Assembly (NCBI GenBank): GCA_963823555.1
Contig: CAWGMA010000002.1
Coordinates: 224,001-288,000 of the forward strand
Length of the DNA: 64,000 bases
Direction of reading: 5' to 3'
DNA from: Candidatus Eiseniibacteriota bacterium
Lineage (GTDB): Bacteria; Eisenbacteria; RBG-16-71-46; CAVPCR01
Shown: positions 48,497-63,687 of the stretch, piece by piece
How the letters are laid out: each line of letters opens with the position of its first letter
Position numbering within the stretch: position 1 is the first letter of the stretch
Position numbers and translations under genes: made by a program
The notes under the pieces: model-generated
What the model saw: only the letters and a program-made list of their open reading frames with translations
The model's database searches: none
Told to the model about the DNA's origin: nothing

Positions 48497-48622
48497 CCCG
48501 CGCCACGCCGAGGCCCCGCGTCACGCCGAGGTCCCGCGTCACGCCGAGGTCCCGCGTCACGCCGAGGTCCCGCGTCACGCCGAGGTCCCGCGCCACGCCG
48601 AGGTCCCGCGCCCCGCCGAGGC
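48497..48622 (+). repeat. 18-bp tandem repeat (CCCGCGTCACGCCGAGGT x7)
   Basis: Seven head-to-tail units, with variant first and last units. Confidence 0.95.
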
Positions 48623-48647
48623 CCAACCCCTCGCGGGGCGCTCCTCC

Positions 48648-50336
48648 CTACGCCGCCCCTCTCCGCTCGCCTGCGCGTAGCAGCAGATCGAGAACAGCCT
48701 TCCGCACCATGGTGACGCCGAAGAAGGCGATGAGAGCGGTGGAGACCACGTCGAACTTCCAGCCGAGGACGGCGACCAGGCCGAACCCAACCGCCAGCAC
48801 GAGCGAACCCAGGTCCACGCTGCGCTTCCAGCCCGCCGGTAGTAGCTGCCACCGCTCGGGGCCGGGGAGGACCTGCTCGTCCACCTCCGTCGCCAGCGTT
48901 TGCTTGCGGTCGGGAAGCAGGTGGACGGTGACGAAGCTCAAGAGGTAAGCCAGCGAGCCGATCAGGATCAGCATGTTGATCGAAAGCTCGCCACCGGCAA
49001 CCCCAGGGATGCCGAATAGCGCCGACTGCAGACCGCGAAGGACGCTGAACTCAAGTCCGTGGGTGTAGAGCCAGGCGCCGCTCGAGTAGCTGAAGGAGTA
49101 GGCCAGGTTCGATACCGACATGAACCCGGCGAAGAGGCTGCCGGCGGCGGCCACCGGGATCACGGCGCCGACCAGGCTGAAGGTGCTCATCCGGATCAGG
49201 CTGACCCCCACGGCGAGGAGCCCGTTGAAGGCTGAGAGGTAAACGAGGCGCGAGGTCTCCTCGCTCAGGAACGGAAGCACGCGGTGGATGCCGCGGGCGA
49301 TGGCGCTGAACCAGGGATCGACGAGCAGGTACTGCGTCAGGTTGATGGCGATGCTGATGAGAATGTAGAAGCGGAAGATCTTCCGGAGCCCGACCCGGTC
49401 CTGCCACTTGACGCCCTTCCAGGCGAAAAGGAGCACGCCGAGGAAGTAGCCGGCGTAGGTCACCCCGTCGGCGACCCCGATCTGCGTCTGCGAGAAGCTG
49501 AGCGATTCGATCAGATAGTTGTTCCAGAGCGCGCCCATCGCCGGCTGGAAATGGAAGATGAAGTAGAAGAGGATCACGCCGAGGATCGGACCGGTGTTGA
49601 GGCCGCGCCAGAACCCGAGAACTGATTGCTTGAGCGGGATGGGCGCGGCCCGGTCGCGCGGCAAGAGCAGGACGAAGGCGAGGACCGAGAGCGGAACCAG
49701 CGCGAGAACCACCATGAGCCCATGGAACGGGACGTGCTCCGCGAGATACCCCCCGAGGACGGCGGCCAGGATCCCGGTGCCGTAGATCGCCGTCCAGCAG
49801 ATGGCCTGGTTGAGCCCGACCATGGTCGCCTTGGAGCGGCCCGTCGCCTTCGCTTCCTCGTCGCCCGCGATGACGGTGGCGCGGTCGACCGAGACATCGG
49901 TCGCGGCCATCACCACCGACAGGGCGAACATCAAGGCGAAGAAGGCCATCGCTCCGGTGTCGAGGATCGGGGTCAGAAGGAACCCGAGCGCCCCCAGGCT
50001 CAGGAGCACGATCAGGATCGTCTTCGTCCGGCCGTAGGCGTCGATCAGGAAACCGAGGAGCGGTTTGAAGCTCCAGGCGAGGTACGATTTGGAGAAGAGC
50101 CCCTGGGTGGCCGCCTCGCTGAGTCCGTAGTCGATGCGGAAGTGACGGAAGAACGGCTGGTAGGTGATTCCCTGGAACGGGTTGGCCAGGCCCTGCAGCA
50201 CGTACTCCATGGCGAAGACGATCTTGAGCGGATGGATCCCCAGGACCTTGCGCACGGGGGGGGCGAGGGCTGTGGCAGGCGTGGTGGAAACTGGCTCGGG
50301 CAGCGCGTCCACTCCGGACCCGGTTTCGTGGCTCAT
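48648..50336 (-). CDS. MFS transporter, folate/biopterin (BT1)-like
   Basis: WSFKPLLGFLID, DVSVD and more than 12 TM helices. Confidence 0.75.
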   Translation of the reverse strand: MSHETGSGVDALPEPVSTTPATALAPPVRKVLGIHPLKIVFAMEYVLQGLANPFQGITYQPFFRHFRIDYGLSEAATQGLFSKSYLAWSFKPLLGFLIDAYGRTKTILIVLLSLGALGFLLTPILDTGAMAFFALMFALSVVMAATDVSVDRATVIAGDEEAKATGRSKATMVGLNQAICWTAIYGTGILAAVLGGYLAEHVPFHGLMVVLALVPLSVLAFVLLLPRDRAAPIPLKQSVLGFWRGLNTGPILGVILFYFIFHFQPAMGALWNNYLIESLSFSQTQIGVADGVTYAGYFLGVLLFAWKGVKWQDRVGLRKIFRFYILISIAINLTQYLLVDPWFSAIARGIHRVLPFLSEETSRLVYLSAFNGLLAVGVSLIRMSTFSLVGAVIPVAAAGSLFAGFMSVSNLAYSFSYSSGAWLYTHGLEFSVLRGLQSALFGIPGVAGGELSINMLILIGSLAYLLSFVTVHLLPDRKQTLATEVDEQVLPGPERWQLLPAGWKRSVDLGSLVLAVGFGLVAVLGWKFDVVSTALIAFFGVTMVRKAVLDLLLRAGERRGAA

Positions 50337-50486
50337 GCGTTCACCTGACTCCTTGAAGCCTCTCATCCCGCGCCCGGCGGGGCTCGCCCGATCATAGCTT
50401 TTCCGTTCCCGGCACGCACACACCGATTCGGCCAGCAGCCCCGCTGCCGTATCATTCCCCGTACCCCATCACCAAGGAGGTGACCC

Positions 50487-51296
50487 ATGGATGGTTCATG
50501 CGCGCTTCCCGGGATCTACTCGCGCGGGGGCATGAGCGTCGAGCTCTACGACTCGATGCATCCGATGCCCGCGGCGGGGAACGAGGAACTGGCCTTTCTC
50601 CTCGAGCAGGCGGCGATCACCGGCGGGCCGATCCTGGAGCTCGCCTGCGGGACGGGCCGCGTGCTCTGGCCGCTCGCGGGGGCGGGCCACGAGGTCACCG
50701 GGCTCGACCTCAACCGGCCGATGCTCGCGCTTGCGGAGGCGAAAGCCGACCAGCACCCACCGGAGGTGCGATCTCGCGTGCGCCTCGTCGAGTCGGGCAT
50801 GCAGGAGTTCGATCTGGGCACGACCTTCGGGCTCGTCTTCAGCACCTTCCGCTCCTTCCAGGGGCTTCTCACGATGGAAGACCAGCGCTCATGCCTGCGC
50901 TCCGCCCATCGCCACCTGCGTCCGGGCGGGCGCCTCGTGCTCGATCTCTTCGATCCGCAGCTCGATCGCCTGCTGCCTCGCAATCCCTACGCGCCGCGGA
51001 CCTTGGGCACCTACCGCCATCCGCGTACCGGCAACTGCGTGCTGTGGGAATCCGTGGATCACATGAACGCCCCGGTCGAGCAGATCCTGACCGAGATCTG
51101 GCGCTGGACCGAGGTCGACCCGGATGGACACGTGGTCCGCACGGAGATGGAAGAGCTGAGGCTCCGCTGGACCCATCGCTACGAGCTCCATCACCTGCTC
51201 GAGCTCAGCGGGTTCCGGCTCTTGCACGAGTACGCCGATTTCATGAAGAACGGGCCAGCCTACGGGCAGGAGCTGATCGTCGTCTGCGAAAGGTAG
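50487..51296 (+). CDS. Class I SAM-dependent methyltransferase
   Basis: AAGGAGGTGA RBS, GPILELACGTGRV and HLRPGG. Confidence 0.88.
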   Translation: MDGSCALPGIYSRGGMSVELYDSMHPMPAAGNEELAFLLEQAAITGGPILELACGTGRVLWPLAGAGHEVTGLDLNRPMLALAEAKADQHPPEVRSRVRLVESGMQEFDLGTTFGLVFSTFRSFQGLLTMEDQRSCLRSAHRHLRPGGRLVLDLFDPQLDRLLPRNPYAPRTLGTYRHPRTGNCVLWESVDHMNAPVEQILTEIWRWTEVDPDGHVVRTEMEELRLRWTHRYELHHLLELSGFRLLHEYADFMKNGPAYGQELIVVCER

Positions 51297-51330
51297 ATCC
51301 CGGCCGGCGCGTCCGAGCGCCTGGCGCGAC

Positions 51331-53782
51331 TCATGGTGCCATCGTGTCCCGGCGATCCGTCAATGCCCGCATGAACGTCGTGGCCCCCGCCGCCAGGTAG
51401 ACGAGCGCGCCCAGGATCAGTACGGCACGGAAGCCCCAGATCATGGTGAGCGGGATGTTGCCGACCGCCGCCACCACCGAGGCGAAGCCGTTGACGCCGA
51501 TCGCCCACGGCACCGCTTGCGACTCGGAGCGGGCGAGGAGGCTGAGTCCGGTCGGGAACGGGATCCCCATCAGGAAGCCGAGCGGGGCGACGATGAGGAA
51601 GACGATCGCGGCGCGCACCGCCAGTGCCGTTCCCTCCATCGCGGCCAGGATCGGCGCATGGAAGTCGAAGCGCGAGAAGGAGGACGAGGATCACGATGGC
51701 GGCGATCGCGGCCCGGATCGTCGGGAGCGCTCGCCCCGCGAGACGCCCGGTCCGCCCCGCCGCCATCGCCCCCAGGCTCGAGAAGAGGAGGAGCGCGAAC
51801 AGCGTGATCGAGATCGAGTAGCTCGGGTGCCCGAGGAAGAGGACGAAGCGCTGCATGAGGACGACCTCGACGACGAGGTAGGCGGCACCGAGCGCGAAGA
51901 AGTAGGCGAGCGCTCCGCCCAGCGCCGCCCGCGGCCGGCCGGCCGCGCGCGCGGCGCGGGAGAGGGCGCCGAGCGGGAGCAAGATGAAGACCGCCGCCAG
52001 GGCCGCGATCTCGAGCAGGAAGAGGACGAGGGGCTTCAGTTCTCCGAAGAAGTTGAAGAAGAAGAACGGGCGGTCGTCGGTCACCGAGCGTAGGAGCGGT
52101 GGCATGCGGGCGAAGATCTCGGCCTCGCGACCCGCCTGCGCCAGGTTCCAGAACTCCGCCATGTACGAAGGCACCGGGGATGTCGGGTGATAGACGTAGG
52201 CGAGGGGTTCCTCGAGGCCGAATCCCAGGTACTCATAGCTCGGGATGCGCACGCGCGGGAGCGCGGCGCCGCGCTGCAGATGAGCGTCGAGGGCGCGGAG
52301 CTCCGCAGGAGTGAACGGCGTGCGCTTCAAGAGCAGGTTCTGCCAGAAGCCCTGGCCGACGACGACCAGGTGCTGCCCCGGGGCGGTGGCGCCGTAGTCG
52401 TCACGCAGCACCTCGCAGGCGATGAGGGCGAGACGGAGCGCATCCTGGCCGAAGCGGAGGATGGAGACGACTCCCGTCTCCGGCTGGATGGCGCCGAGGA
52501 GATCGTGCAACGCCTCGCGCGTGTAGAGGTAGTTCTCGGCGAGGACGTTCGATCCGGGAGCCAGCGCGGTGCCGGTGTCGACTCCCGAGAGCTGGATCAC
52601 GTCGTAGCGAGTTGTGTTGCGGCGCAGGAACCCGCGGCCATCGGCGCAGACGATGCGCACGCCAGGGCGGTGGTAGGGGTCACCGAGGAAGTCGGCCATC
52701 GGGCCTTCGATGGCGGCGATCGCCGCCTGGTTGATCTCGACTCCGGTCACCGAGCGCGCGCCGTAGTGGAGCGCGGTGAAGATGTCGGGGCCGCCGCCGA
52801 GCCCGATCGCGAGCACCGAGTCGGGAGGCGGGCCCTCCTGAGTGGGGAAATAGGCGGCACCGTAGACCGTCCCCGCGAAGAACGGCGCGCCGAGCGCGGA
52901 GTCCGCGGGGAAGGCGATCAGGATCGAGCCGTTCGACCCGTCCTGGCTGTAGAAGCGGGAGGGTACGACCGCTGGCAGGAACACGCGATCGTCACCGAGC
53001 GAATGGATCTCGATCCGGCCGACGGGATCCCACAGCGAGTACTCGCGGCTTACCGCAAGGGCGGCGGCTTGGCGATCCCCGGCGGCGCGCGCCTTCTCCA
53101 CCACGGCGACCAGGGATTCGAGCTGGCCGTAGCGGGGCGGGAAGTCCAGCAAGCGGGGTGCGAGGGCCAAGCCGATCGCGAGCCCGATCGCCGCCGTGGC
53201 GGCGATCCGCCGCAGCGGGCCAGTGGCGAGAGCCCAGGCGATGAGCGCACCTCCGAGGGCGACACCGAGGATCATGCGCTCGAGGCCGAGCAGGGGCAGG
53301 AGCGGGATGAAGGCGAGGCAGCCCAGGCTCGAGCCGAGGAGGTTCGCGAAGTAACGGCGATGGATCGCCGCCGGCGGCCCGGAGAGGAGCTTCGCGATCG
53401 CGAGCCCGAGGAGGAAGTGCGGCACCGTGAGCCCGGCGAGGAGGACGGCGAGGAGCGGGTACTCCCCCAGCGCCGCCACCTTCCGCGGCGACACGAAGAG
53501 GGCGAAGGCGATGTGGGCGAACGGGACGGTGATCGCGAAGCCGAGGACGGCGCGGGCGGCGAGCGCCCGCGGGTCGGCGGCGAGCCAGCGCGGAGCCATC
53601 GCCATCACCGTTCCGCTGGCGCCGAGTCCGAGGAGCGTGATGGCGATGGCGACGTAGACGACGGTGGGGAAGAGCGAATAGGAGAAGAGCCGGATCTGCG
53701 CCAGCTCGAGCGTGAGGAGAAGGAAGGAGATGGCGGCGAGCGCCAGGGCGAGAACGCTCTCCGAACGATCGGGACGATTCAT
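51331..53782 (-). pseudogene. Membrane-bound spermidine-synthase-like (SAM-fold) protein with a frameshift near 51670
   Basis: TM domain, IGLGGG / GVEIN / DGR / DVIQL SAM motifs and LFLGHP. The true C-terminus (GFLMGIPFP...WAIGVNGFASV) lies in another frame. Confidence 0.75.
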
Positions 53783-55545
53783 GGGCTCGGTGTGGCGCGA
53801 TCAGCCCGGGCCCCCGCAGTACGGGCCCCCGCAGCGCCGGCGCCTGCCTCGGATTCCGCTGCTGAATCGACCCGAGTCGCCGGCGCGGCATGCCACTGGT
53901 CCTTCGGCACCACCACCGCCTGGCCCGGCTGCGATTCGAAGTGCGGCGACATGATCTGGACCCCGAACTCGTTGAACGCGTCCTGGATCTGGCCGTGAAG
54001 CGCGGAGAGGACATCGAATCGCTTCATGGGGTCCACGAGCCGGAATCGCAGCTCGTACTCGACGAAGAAGTCGCTGAGCGCTCGCTGCAGCACGAATGGG
54101 GCCGGCTCCTTGCGGATGCCGTTCGTGCGGTCGGCGGCGATCTGGAGCAGGGCATGGACCTGCCGCCACGGCGCGTCATAGCCGATCGTGAGGGAAGTTG
54201 TGGCCGCCATGCCGTCCTCGTCAGCGAGCCGGGAGAAATTCGTCAGCTTCGAGCCGACGAGCACCGCGTTGGGGATCGTGACCTCCTCGCGGCGGTGTGT
54301 CCTGAGCTTGGTAGAGAGGATGCCGATCTCGGTCACGACCCCGGCCGTATCGCCGACCTGCACGATCTCGCCCGACCTGAGAGCGCGGGAGTAGATGGCG
54401 ACGAACCCGCTCATGATCTGGTTCACGAAACCGGCCGAGCCGAGGGAGATCATGAGACCGGCGAGCACGCTGACGCCCTTGAAGGCCTCCGAGTCGGAGC
54501 CAGGGATGTACGGGTAGGCGACCGTGACGGCGAACAGCCAGATGATCACCGACGCGATGCGGCGAGTGGCCTTGGCGGTATCGGGCTCCAGCCACCTCAC
54601 GGATATGATCCCCATCTCGACGCGCCGGATGATCCCGTCCACGGTCCGGGCCACGAACTGGGTGATGAAGAAGATGATGGCGACGGTGAAGAGTCCCGGA
54701 ATGGCATGCAGGGCGTTGAGCGCGAGACGTTGCAGGATCCCAAGGAGGTACCCGCCGAGGCGATCCGCCCACGGCTTGGTGTATGGGAACTGCGAGAGCA
54801 CGAAGGTCAGCCACAGGTATCCGAAGAAGATGCCGGCAGCCCAGGTCACGAGCCCGATGATGTCGCGCTGTAGCCCGCGGATCATCGGTCGGAGATTGAC
54901 CCCGAAGGCCCGCAGCTTGCGCGAGAATTTCGTCTTCTGTAACCGATCGAGAGCCTGGTAACGAAGTCGCACGATGGCCAGGATGATCAGCGCGAAGAGC
55001 ACGGTCGCAGCGACAGAGAGCCCGATGCTGCGCAAGATCAGCTGGGGGCGTTCCTGGGCGATCCGGGCGTCGAGCACGGCACGGAGTTGTTGCACCGCGT
55101 GTGCGGACACCGATTCCATCGTCTCGCCGCTGGCCGGATCGATGTCCTCGTTGAGAATGGCGAGGACCATGCTGTTTCCGACCGCGACGATGGTGCCCGC
55201 GTAATCTCCGATGCGGCCCGGGACCGCCGTGATCTCCTGCTCGAGCGCCGCGTCCGGCAACTCCAGAATGCGGGCTTCCATCCCCCGTGCGCGTTGCTCG
55301 GGCGTGCGATCTCCGACCGGAGCCCTGACGACGAGAATCGGCCGGTTCCACACGGTGACCGTGGCCGGTTCGGCACTCGGGGTAGGATCCATCCTGACGG
55401 CCGGCGAAGTCGGGCGCGGTGCGGGAGCCGAAGTGGCAACACCCGCCGAGTCAGCCACGCTGCTTCCGCCCGTCTGCGCCAGCGCGCCGCCGGCCGAGAT
55501 CATCATCAACACGCAAGGCAGCAGCAGTCGGTGTCTTGCCGTCAT
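53779..55545 (-). CDS. MscS-family mechanosensitive channel with an N-terminal periplasmic domain
   Basis: PYIPGSDSEAFKGVS, GEIVQVGD, TIPN, IGYDAPWRQV and IQIMSPHF. Confidence 0.92.
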   Translation of the reverse strand: MTARHRLLLPCVLMMISAGGALAQTGGSSVADSAGVATSAPAPRPTSPAVRMDPTPSAEPATVTVWNRPILVVRAPVGDRTPEQRARGMEARILELPDAALEQEITAVPGRIGDYAGTIVAVGNSMVLAILNEDIDPASGETMESVSAHAVQQLRAVLDARIAQERPQLILRSIGLSVAATVLFALIILAIVRLRYQALDRLQKTKFSRKLRAFGVNLRPMIRGLQRDIIGLVTWAAGIFFGYLWLTFVLSQFPYTKPWADRLGGYLLGILQRLALNALHAIPGLFTVAIIFFITQFVARTVDGIIRRVEMGIISVRWLEPDTAKATRRIASVIIWLFAVTVAYPYIPGSDSEAFKGVSVLAGLMISLGSAGFVNQIMSGFVAIYSRALRSGEIVQVGDTAGVVTEIGILSTKLRTHRREEVTIPNAVLVGSKLTNFSRLADEDGMAATTSLTIGYDAPWRQVHALLQIAADRTNGIRKEPAPFVLQRALSDFFVEYELRFRLVDPMKRFDVLSALHGQIQDAFNEFGVQIMSPHFESQPGQAVVVPKDQWHAAPATRVDSAAESEAGAGAAGARTAGARADRATPSP

Positions 55546-55751
55546 GGGAACCTCGTCAGCTCGGGTCATCCAAGCTGCGTCCATCGGATGGATTCATGGT
55601 CGTGGCTGGCCCTACCAGCCGACGATCCTACTACGGGATGAGGTTGGTTGTCCGCCACGCTGGTTGCGGCCGCCCCGGGGAGTCCCTAAGCTCCTTCAAT
55701 CTCGCCTGCCTTTGCTACTTGTCTTCCGCACCTGGAATCCAAGAGGGAGCC

Positions 55752-58397
<2,646 letters not shown>

Positions 58398-58438
58398 GGC
58401 AGTTCAAGCTCGAGAGATCGTGAGCGCGTCCTCGCCGA

Positions 58439-58801
58439 TCACGAGGCGGCGGTGCGGACCGCCGATTCTTCATCCTCCGCGTGCGGGATGACGCGGAGCA
58501 GCCACGTGGTGTCGAAGAGCACGCGCAGGGACTTGTTGAGGCCAGTCAAGCAGAGCTTGCCTCCTGCGTTGGTCGCCGAGACGTGGACCGACGCCAGGAT
58601 GCCGAGGCCGGTCGAGTCTACCTTCGGGGTGCCTTCGAGGTTGACGACGACGCGCTTCTGTCCGGACTGAATGTCCTTGCGCACGGTTTCGAGCCATTCG
58701 AAGCAGGTATCACGACCGTTGAGGGGGCCATGGGTCCTGTAGATGGCGATACTGCCCTCTGGATCGACCTGCCTTTCGGCGCTAAAGATCGGATTCTCCA
58801 T
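58439..58801 (-). CDS. STAS-domain anti-sigma factor antagonist
   Basis: VVVNL...VDSTGLG phosphorylation motif. Confidence 0.88.
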   Translation of the reverse strand: MENPIFSAERQVDPEGSIAIYRTHGPLNGRDTCFEWLETVRKDIQSGQKRVVVNLEGTPKVDSTGLGILASVHVSATNAGGKLCLTGLNKSLRVLFDTTWLLRVIPHAEDEESAVRTAAS

Positions 58802-58961
58802 CGCTGGCCTCTCGGGAGATAGAAGTGGTGCGCAGCCACTGGAAGCTTCCGGATGCTACCACGAGATGAGTCTGTGGCATACTAATGTCCCTGCCGGCCC
58901 CCGCTGCCGGCTCCGCCCGGTCCCGAGTCCCTTGCCATCCCATTCCATGGAGGCCGACGCG

Positions 58962-60914
<1,953 letters not shown>

Positions 60915-61028
60915 GCGGATTGACAAGCATCTTGTGACGGCCAGGTCCAGCGTGCTAGCATCGCCCCGTGCCGCAGGGTATCCCCACTGTGTGTCCTATC
61001 ACGTCTGGAAACGAAGAGAGCAAATCCC

Positions 61029-61457
61029 ATGAGCCGTCATGTGCAAGAGGTGGAGAGGATCAAGCATCAACTCTCCGAGGACATTACCAATCTCAAGCGA
61101 TTGGCGGAGACCATTCCCCAGCTTCTCGAGCGCAAGCAGCGACAGCTCGAACGCCTGACCGATGTGTCGCGCTCGATGGAACAGGAAGACGCGGAGATCA
61201 CGGCGTTGATCGCCCGCTACGCCGAGTCACGCCCGGTGATGAGAGCCGCGTCCCGACGGCGGGGGCGCAGCCTGCCGACCGACATCATGTCGTTGCTGCA
61301 TGCCGCAGGCCCGCGCGGGGCGAGCCTCGACGACCTTTTCGACGGCATCAGCAAGACACGTCAGATCTCGAAGCAGAATCTGTCGAGCACGCTGAGTCGC
61401 ATGAAGAGCATGGGCAAGATCGGCAAAGAGAACGGCTTGTTCATGGCTGCTGAGTAG
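61029..61457 (+). CDS. Hypothetical protein: N-terminal coiled coil plus C-terminal winged-helix-like domain
   Basis: Heptad-rich N-terminal half and a C-terminal ...LSSTLSRMKSMGKI wHTH pattern. Confidence 0.6.
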   Translation: MSRHVQEVERIKHQLSEDITNLKRLAETIPQLLERKQRQLERLTDVSRSMEQEDAEITALIARYAESRPVMRAASRRRGRSLPTDIMSLLHAAGPRGASLDDLFDGISKTRQISKQNLSSTLSRMKSMGKIGKENGLFMAAE

Positions 61458-61466
61458 GGGGCGGGC

Positions 61467-61880
61467 ATGAATGCGGTCAACGCGAGTGATCTACGGGAGT
61501 TGCTTCGCGACTTGAAGCCGGCTGTGCCCGAGCCGACGTGGGACCTCCTGGTCTACTGCCGGTTTCTGAGCGAAAGGCTGTCGGCCTCGGGTGCGATCAG
61601 CGGCGGCGATCTTGCTGCGCTCGCCGAAGAGCTGATTGGCGATCTCAAGTCCGGGGTCGACAGGAGGAGCGGGTCGACGTTCGATCCACCGCTCGTGAGC
61701 GGCCGCAGCGACCTCGTGTACAACCACTTCCGGTCGAGGCTCGAAGTGGTGGCCGAACGCGCCGGCGGGAGCGAGTTCATGGCGGCCGTGGCCGCCGGTC
61801 TCAGGCCGGTCGTGCCCGCGCCCAGGCCCAAGGCGGAGGAGCCCAAGGCGGAAGAGCCCAAGGCGGCCCCGGCGGGCTAG
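61467..61880 (+). CDS. Hypothetical protein
   Basis: Co-oriented ORF with a short gap and a C-terminal PKAEE repeat. Confidence 0.6.
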   Translation: MNAVNASDLRELLRDLKPAVPEPTWDLLVYCRFLSERLSASGAISGGDLAALAEELIGDLKSGVDRRSGSTFDPPLVSGRSDLVYNHFRSRLEVVAERAGGSEFMAAVAAGLRPVVPAPRPKAEEPKAEEPKAAPAG

Positions 61881-62638
61881 AGGTGCGGCCGGGCGAGGAG
61901 ATCGGCGAGCGGGTGGGCCTCCATCCAGCGCACGAGCTCGACCAGATTCGCCACCGCATGTTCGATGAGGGTCGCTCCGGCTTCCGGACGGGCGAGCGTC
62001 GGATAGCCGATGTTGCCGTGCGGCGTGAAGTCGAGCGTGTCGAAGTAGACCTGGCCGCCGTGGATGGGCCTGGCCCAGCTCGCCGGCACGTCGACTGCCG
62101 CCTCGGGCTTCATCCATTCGGGGAAGAGATGGAGCCCGACCGAGGTTTCCATGGCGCAGGCATGGCCGATGATCGATGCTCCCTTCTCGCCGAGTAGCTT
62201 CGTGAGAAGCCCCTCTTCGAGGCCGCGCCACCAGTCGTAGACGGCGCAGGCCATGCCCTCCTGCCGCAGGTTCATGGCCGCCTCGGCGAGCACCCCTGAG
62301 TTTCCGCCATGGCCGTTGACCGCGATCATCTTCTCGACACCGTGGCTCTTGAGCGAGCGGGCGATGTCGAGCACGACCTCGCGGAAGAGCTCGCTCCGGA
62401 GCGTCAGGGTGCCGAAGAACTGGCGGTGATGCGGCGAGATGCCGTAGGGCAGCGTGGGTAGGATCACCAGATCGTGCCGCGCCTCGGCGCCGAGGGCGAT
62501 GCGCTCGGCGGTGACGTGATCGGTGGCCAGCGGCATGTGGCGACCGTGCTGCTCGACGCTGCCGACCGGCAACAGCGCCACGCGGCCGGATAACGCCTCG
62601 CCCGCCTCGGGCCAGGTCAGTTCACGCAATCGTGCCAT
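61877..62638 (-). CDS. Creatininase family protein
   Basis: PVGSVEQHGRHMPLATD, NGHGGN and HA-x-x-METS. Confidence 0.92.
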   Translation of the reverse strand: MARLRELTWPEAGEALSGRVALLPVGSVEQHGRHMPLATDHVTAERIALGAEARHDLVILPTLPYGISPHHRQFFGTLTLRSELFREVVLDIARSLKSHGVEKMIAVNGHGGNSGVLAEAAMNLRQEGMACAVYDWWRGLEEGLLTKLLGEKGASIIGHACAMETSVGLHLFPEWMKPEAAVDVPASWARPIHGGQVYFDTLDFTPHGNIGYPTLARPEAGATLIEHAVANLVELVRWMEAHPLADLLARPHL

Positions 62639-62666
62639 GGGGCGAGAATAGCACGCGAGGTTGTCG

Positions 62667-63176
62667 ATGAGACCCTTCCGTTACTGTCCCTACTGCGGGA
62701 TCGAGCTCGTGCCGCGGCGGAACGCGGGCGAGCACGAGGCACTCCCCACCTGTCCGGGCTGCGGCTACATCGCGTACATGAACGCCAAGCCCTGCGCCGG
62801 GGCGCTGGTGGTCCGCGATGGCCGGGTTCTCCTCATCAAGCGCAACCGTGAGCCGTTTCTCGGCTGGTGGGATGTGCCTGGCGGCTATCTCGAGTACGGG
62901 GAGTATCCCGATCACGCGGCGCGCCGCGAGATCCGCGAGGAGACGGGGCTCGAGGTCCGTCTGACACGGCTCCTGGGCATCTACATGAGCCGCTATGGAC
63001 CGGACGAGCAGCGCACGCTCGATCTCATCTATCTCGCCGAGGTGGTGGGGGGTGAGGAGCGGCCGGGGGACGATGCGGAGGAGATCGGTTGGTTCGCCCC
63101 GCAGGAGTTGCCGGCGGAGGTCGCCTTCGATTCCGGGCCCGCTGCGCTCGCGGATTGGGTGAGGCTGGCGGAGTAG
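62667..63176 (+). CDS. NUDIX hydrolase with an N-terminal zinc ribbon
   Basis: YCPYCG...CPGCG and the Nudix box GG-x5-E-x5-ARREIREETG. Confidence 0.9.
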   Translation: MRPFRYCPYCGIELVPRRNAGEHEALPTCPGCGYIAYMNAKPCAGALVVRDGRVLLIKRNREPFLGWWDVPGGYLEYGEYPDHAARREIREETGLEVRLTRLLGIYMSRYGPDEQRTLDLIYLAEVVGGEERPGDDAEEIGWFAPQELPAEVAFDSGPAALADWVRLAE

Positions 63177-63201
63177 GTCCGGCGCCCGCGGCAGGGCGGG
63201 G

Positions 63202-63669
63202 CTAGCGGATCACGCCCTCCTTGCCGGCGAGCCGGCGCAGGAGTCCGGTCTGCCCCACGTGGTAGGTCTCGTGGAACTGGAGGAAGGCGAGCTGTTTCGC
63301 GACCGTGGACTGGCCGTGTTCGGCGGCGAGTTCGCCGTCGGTCAGCGTCTCGAGGCGTGCCATGAGCCGTGCCTGCGAGCTCTCGAGGGCGGCGAGAATC
63401 GCGGGCAGAGGATGGGCGCGGGTGGGATCGAGCTGGGCTGCGCCACGCACGTAGGGCTCAGCCTCGGACTCGGTCCACACGGGGGGTTCGCCGAGGAGCG
63501 CGAAGATGCCGTTCCGGCTCGCCACGATGTGCCCGAGGACCCAGTTGAGCGTGTTCCCGCCTGTTCCCGATCGGGCGAGGCTCTGCTCGTGACTGATGCC
63601 CTCAGCATGTTTCTTGAGCACCCAGTGATTGTTGGTGAAGTTCATCGTGAGGGCGTCTCGAAGATTCAT
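63202..63669 (-). CDS. DinB family protein
   Basis: NWVLGHI and HETYHVGQ. Confidence 0.88.
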   Translation of the reverse strand: MNLRDALTMNFTNNHWVLKKHAEGISHEQSLARSGTGGNTLNWVLGHIVASRNGIFALLGEPPVWTESEAEPYVRGAAQLDPTRAHPLPAILAALESSQARLMARLETLTDGELAAEHGQSTVAKQLAFLQFHETYHVGQTGLLRRLAGKEGVIR

Positions 63670-63687
63670 CCCTGACTCCGTTGGCTG

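Noticed and set aside
48497..48622. Possible CRISPR array
   Set aside because: Head-to-tail 18-bp units with no unique spacers, so it is a VNTR.
50474..50487. Match to the complement of the 16S rRNA 3' end (AAGGAGGTGA)
   Set aside because: It is simply a strong Shine-Dalgarno sequence before a methyltransferase; there is no rRNA sequence around it.
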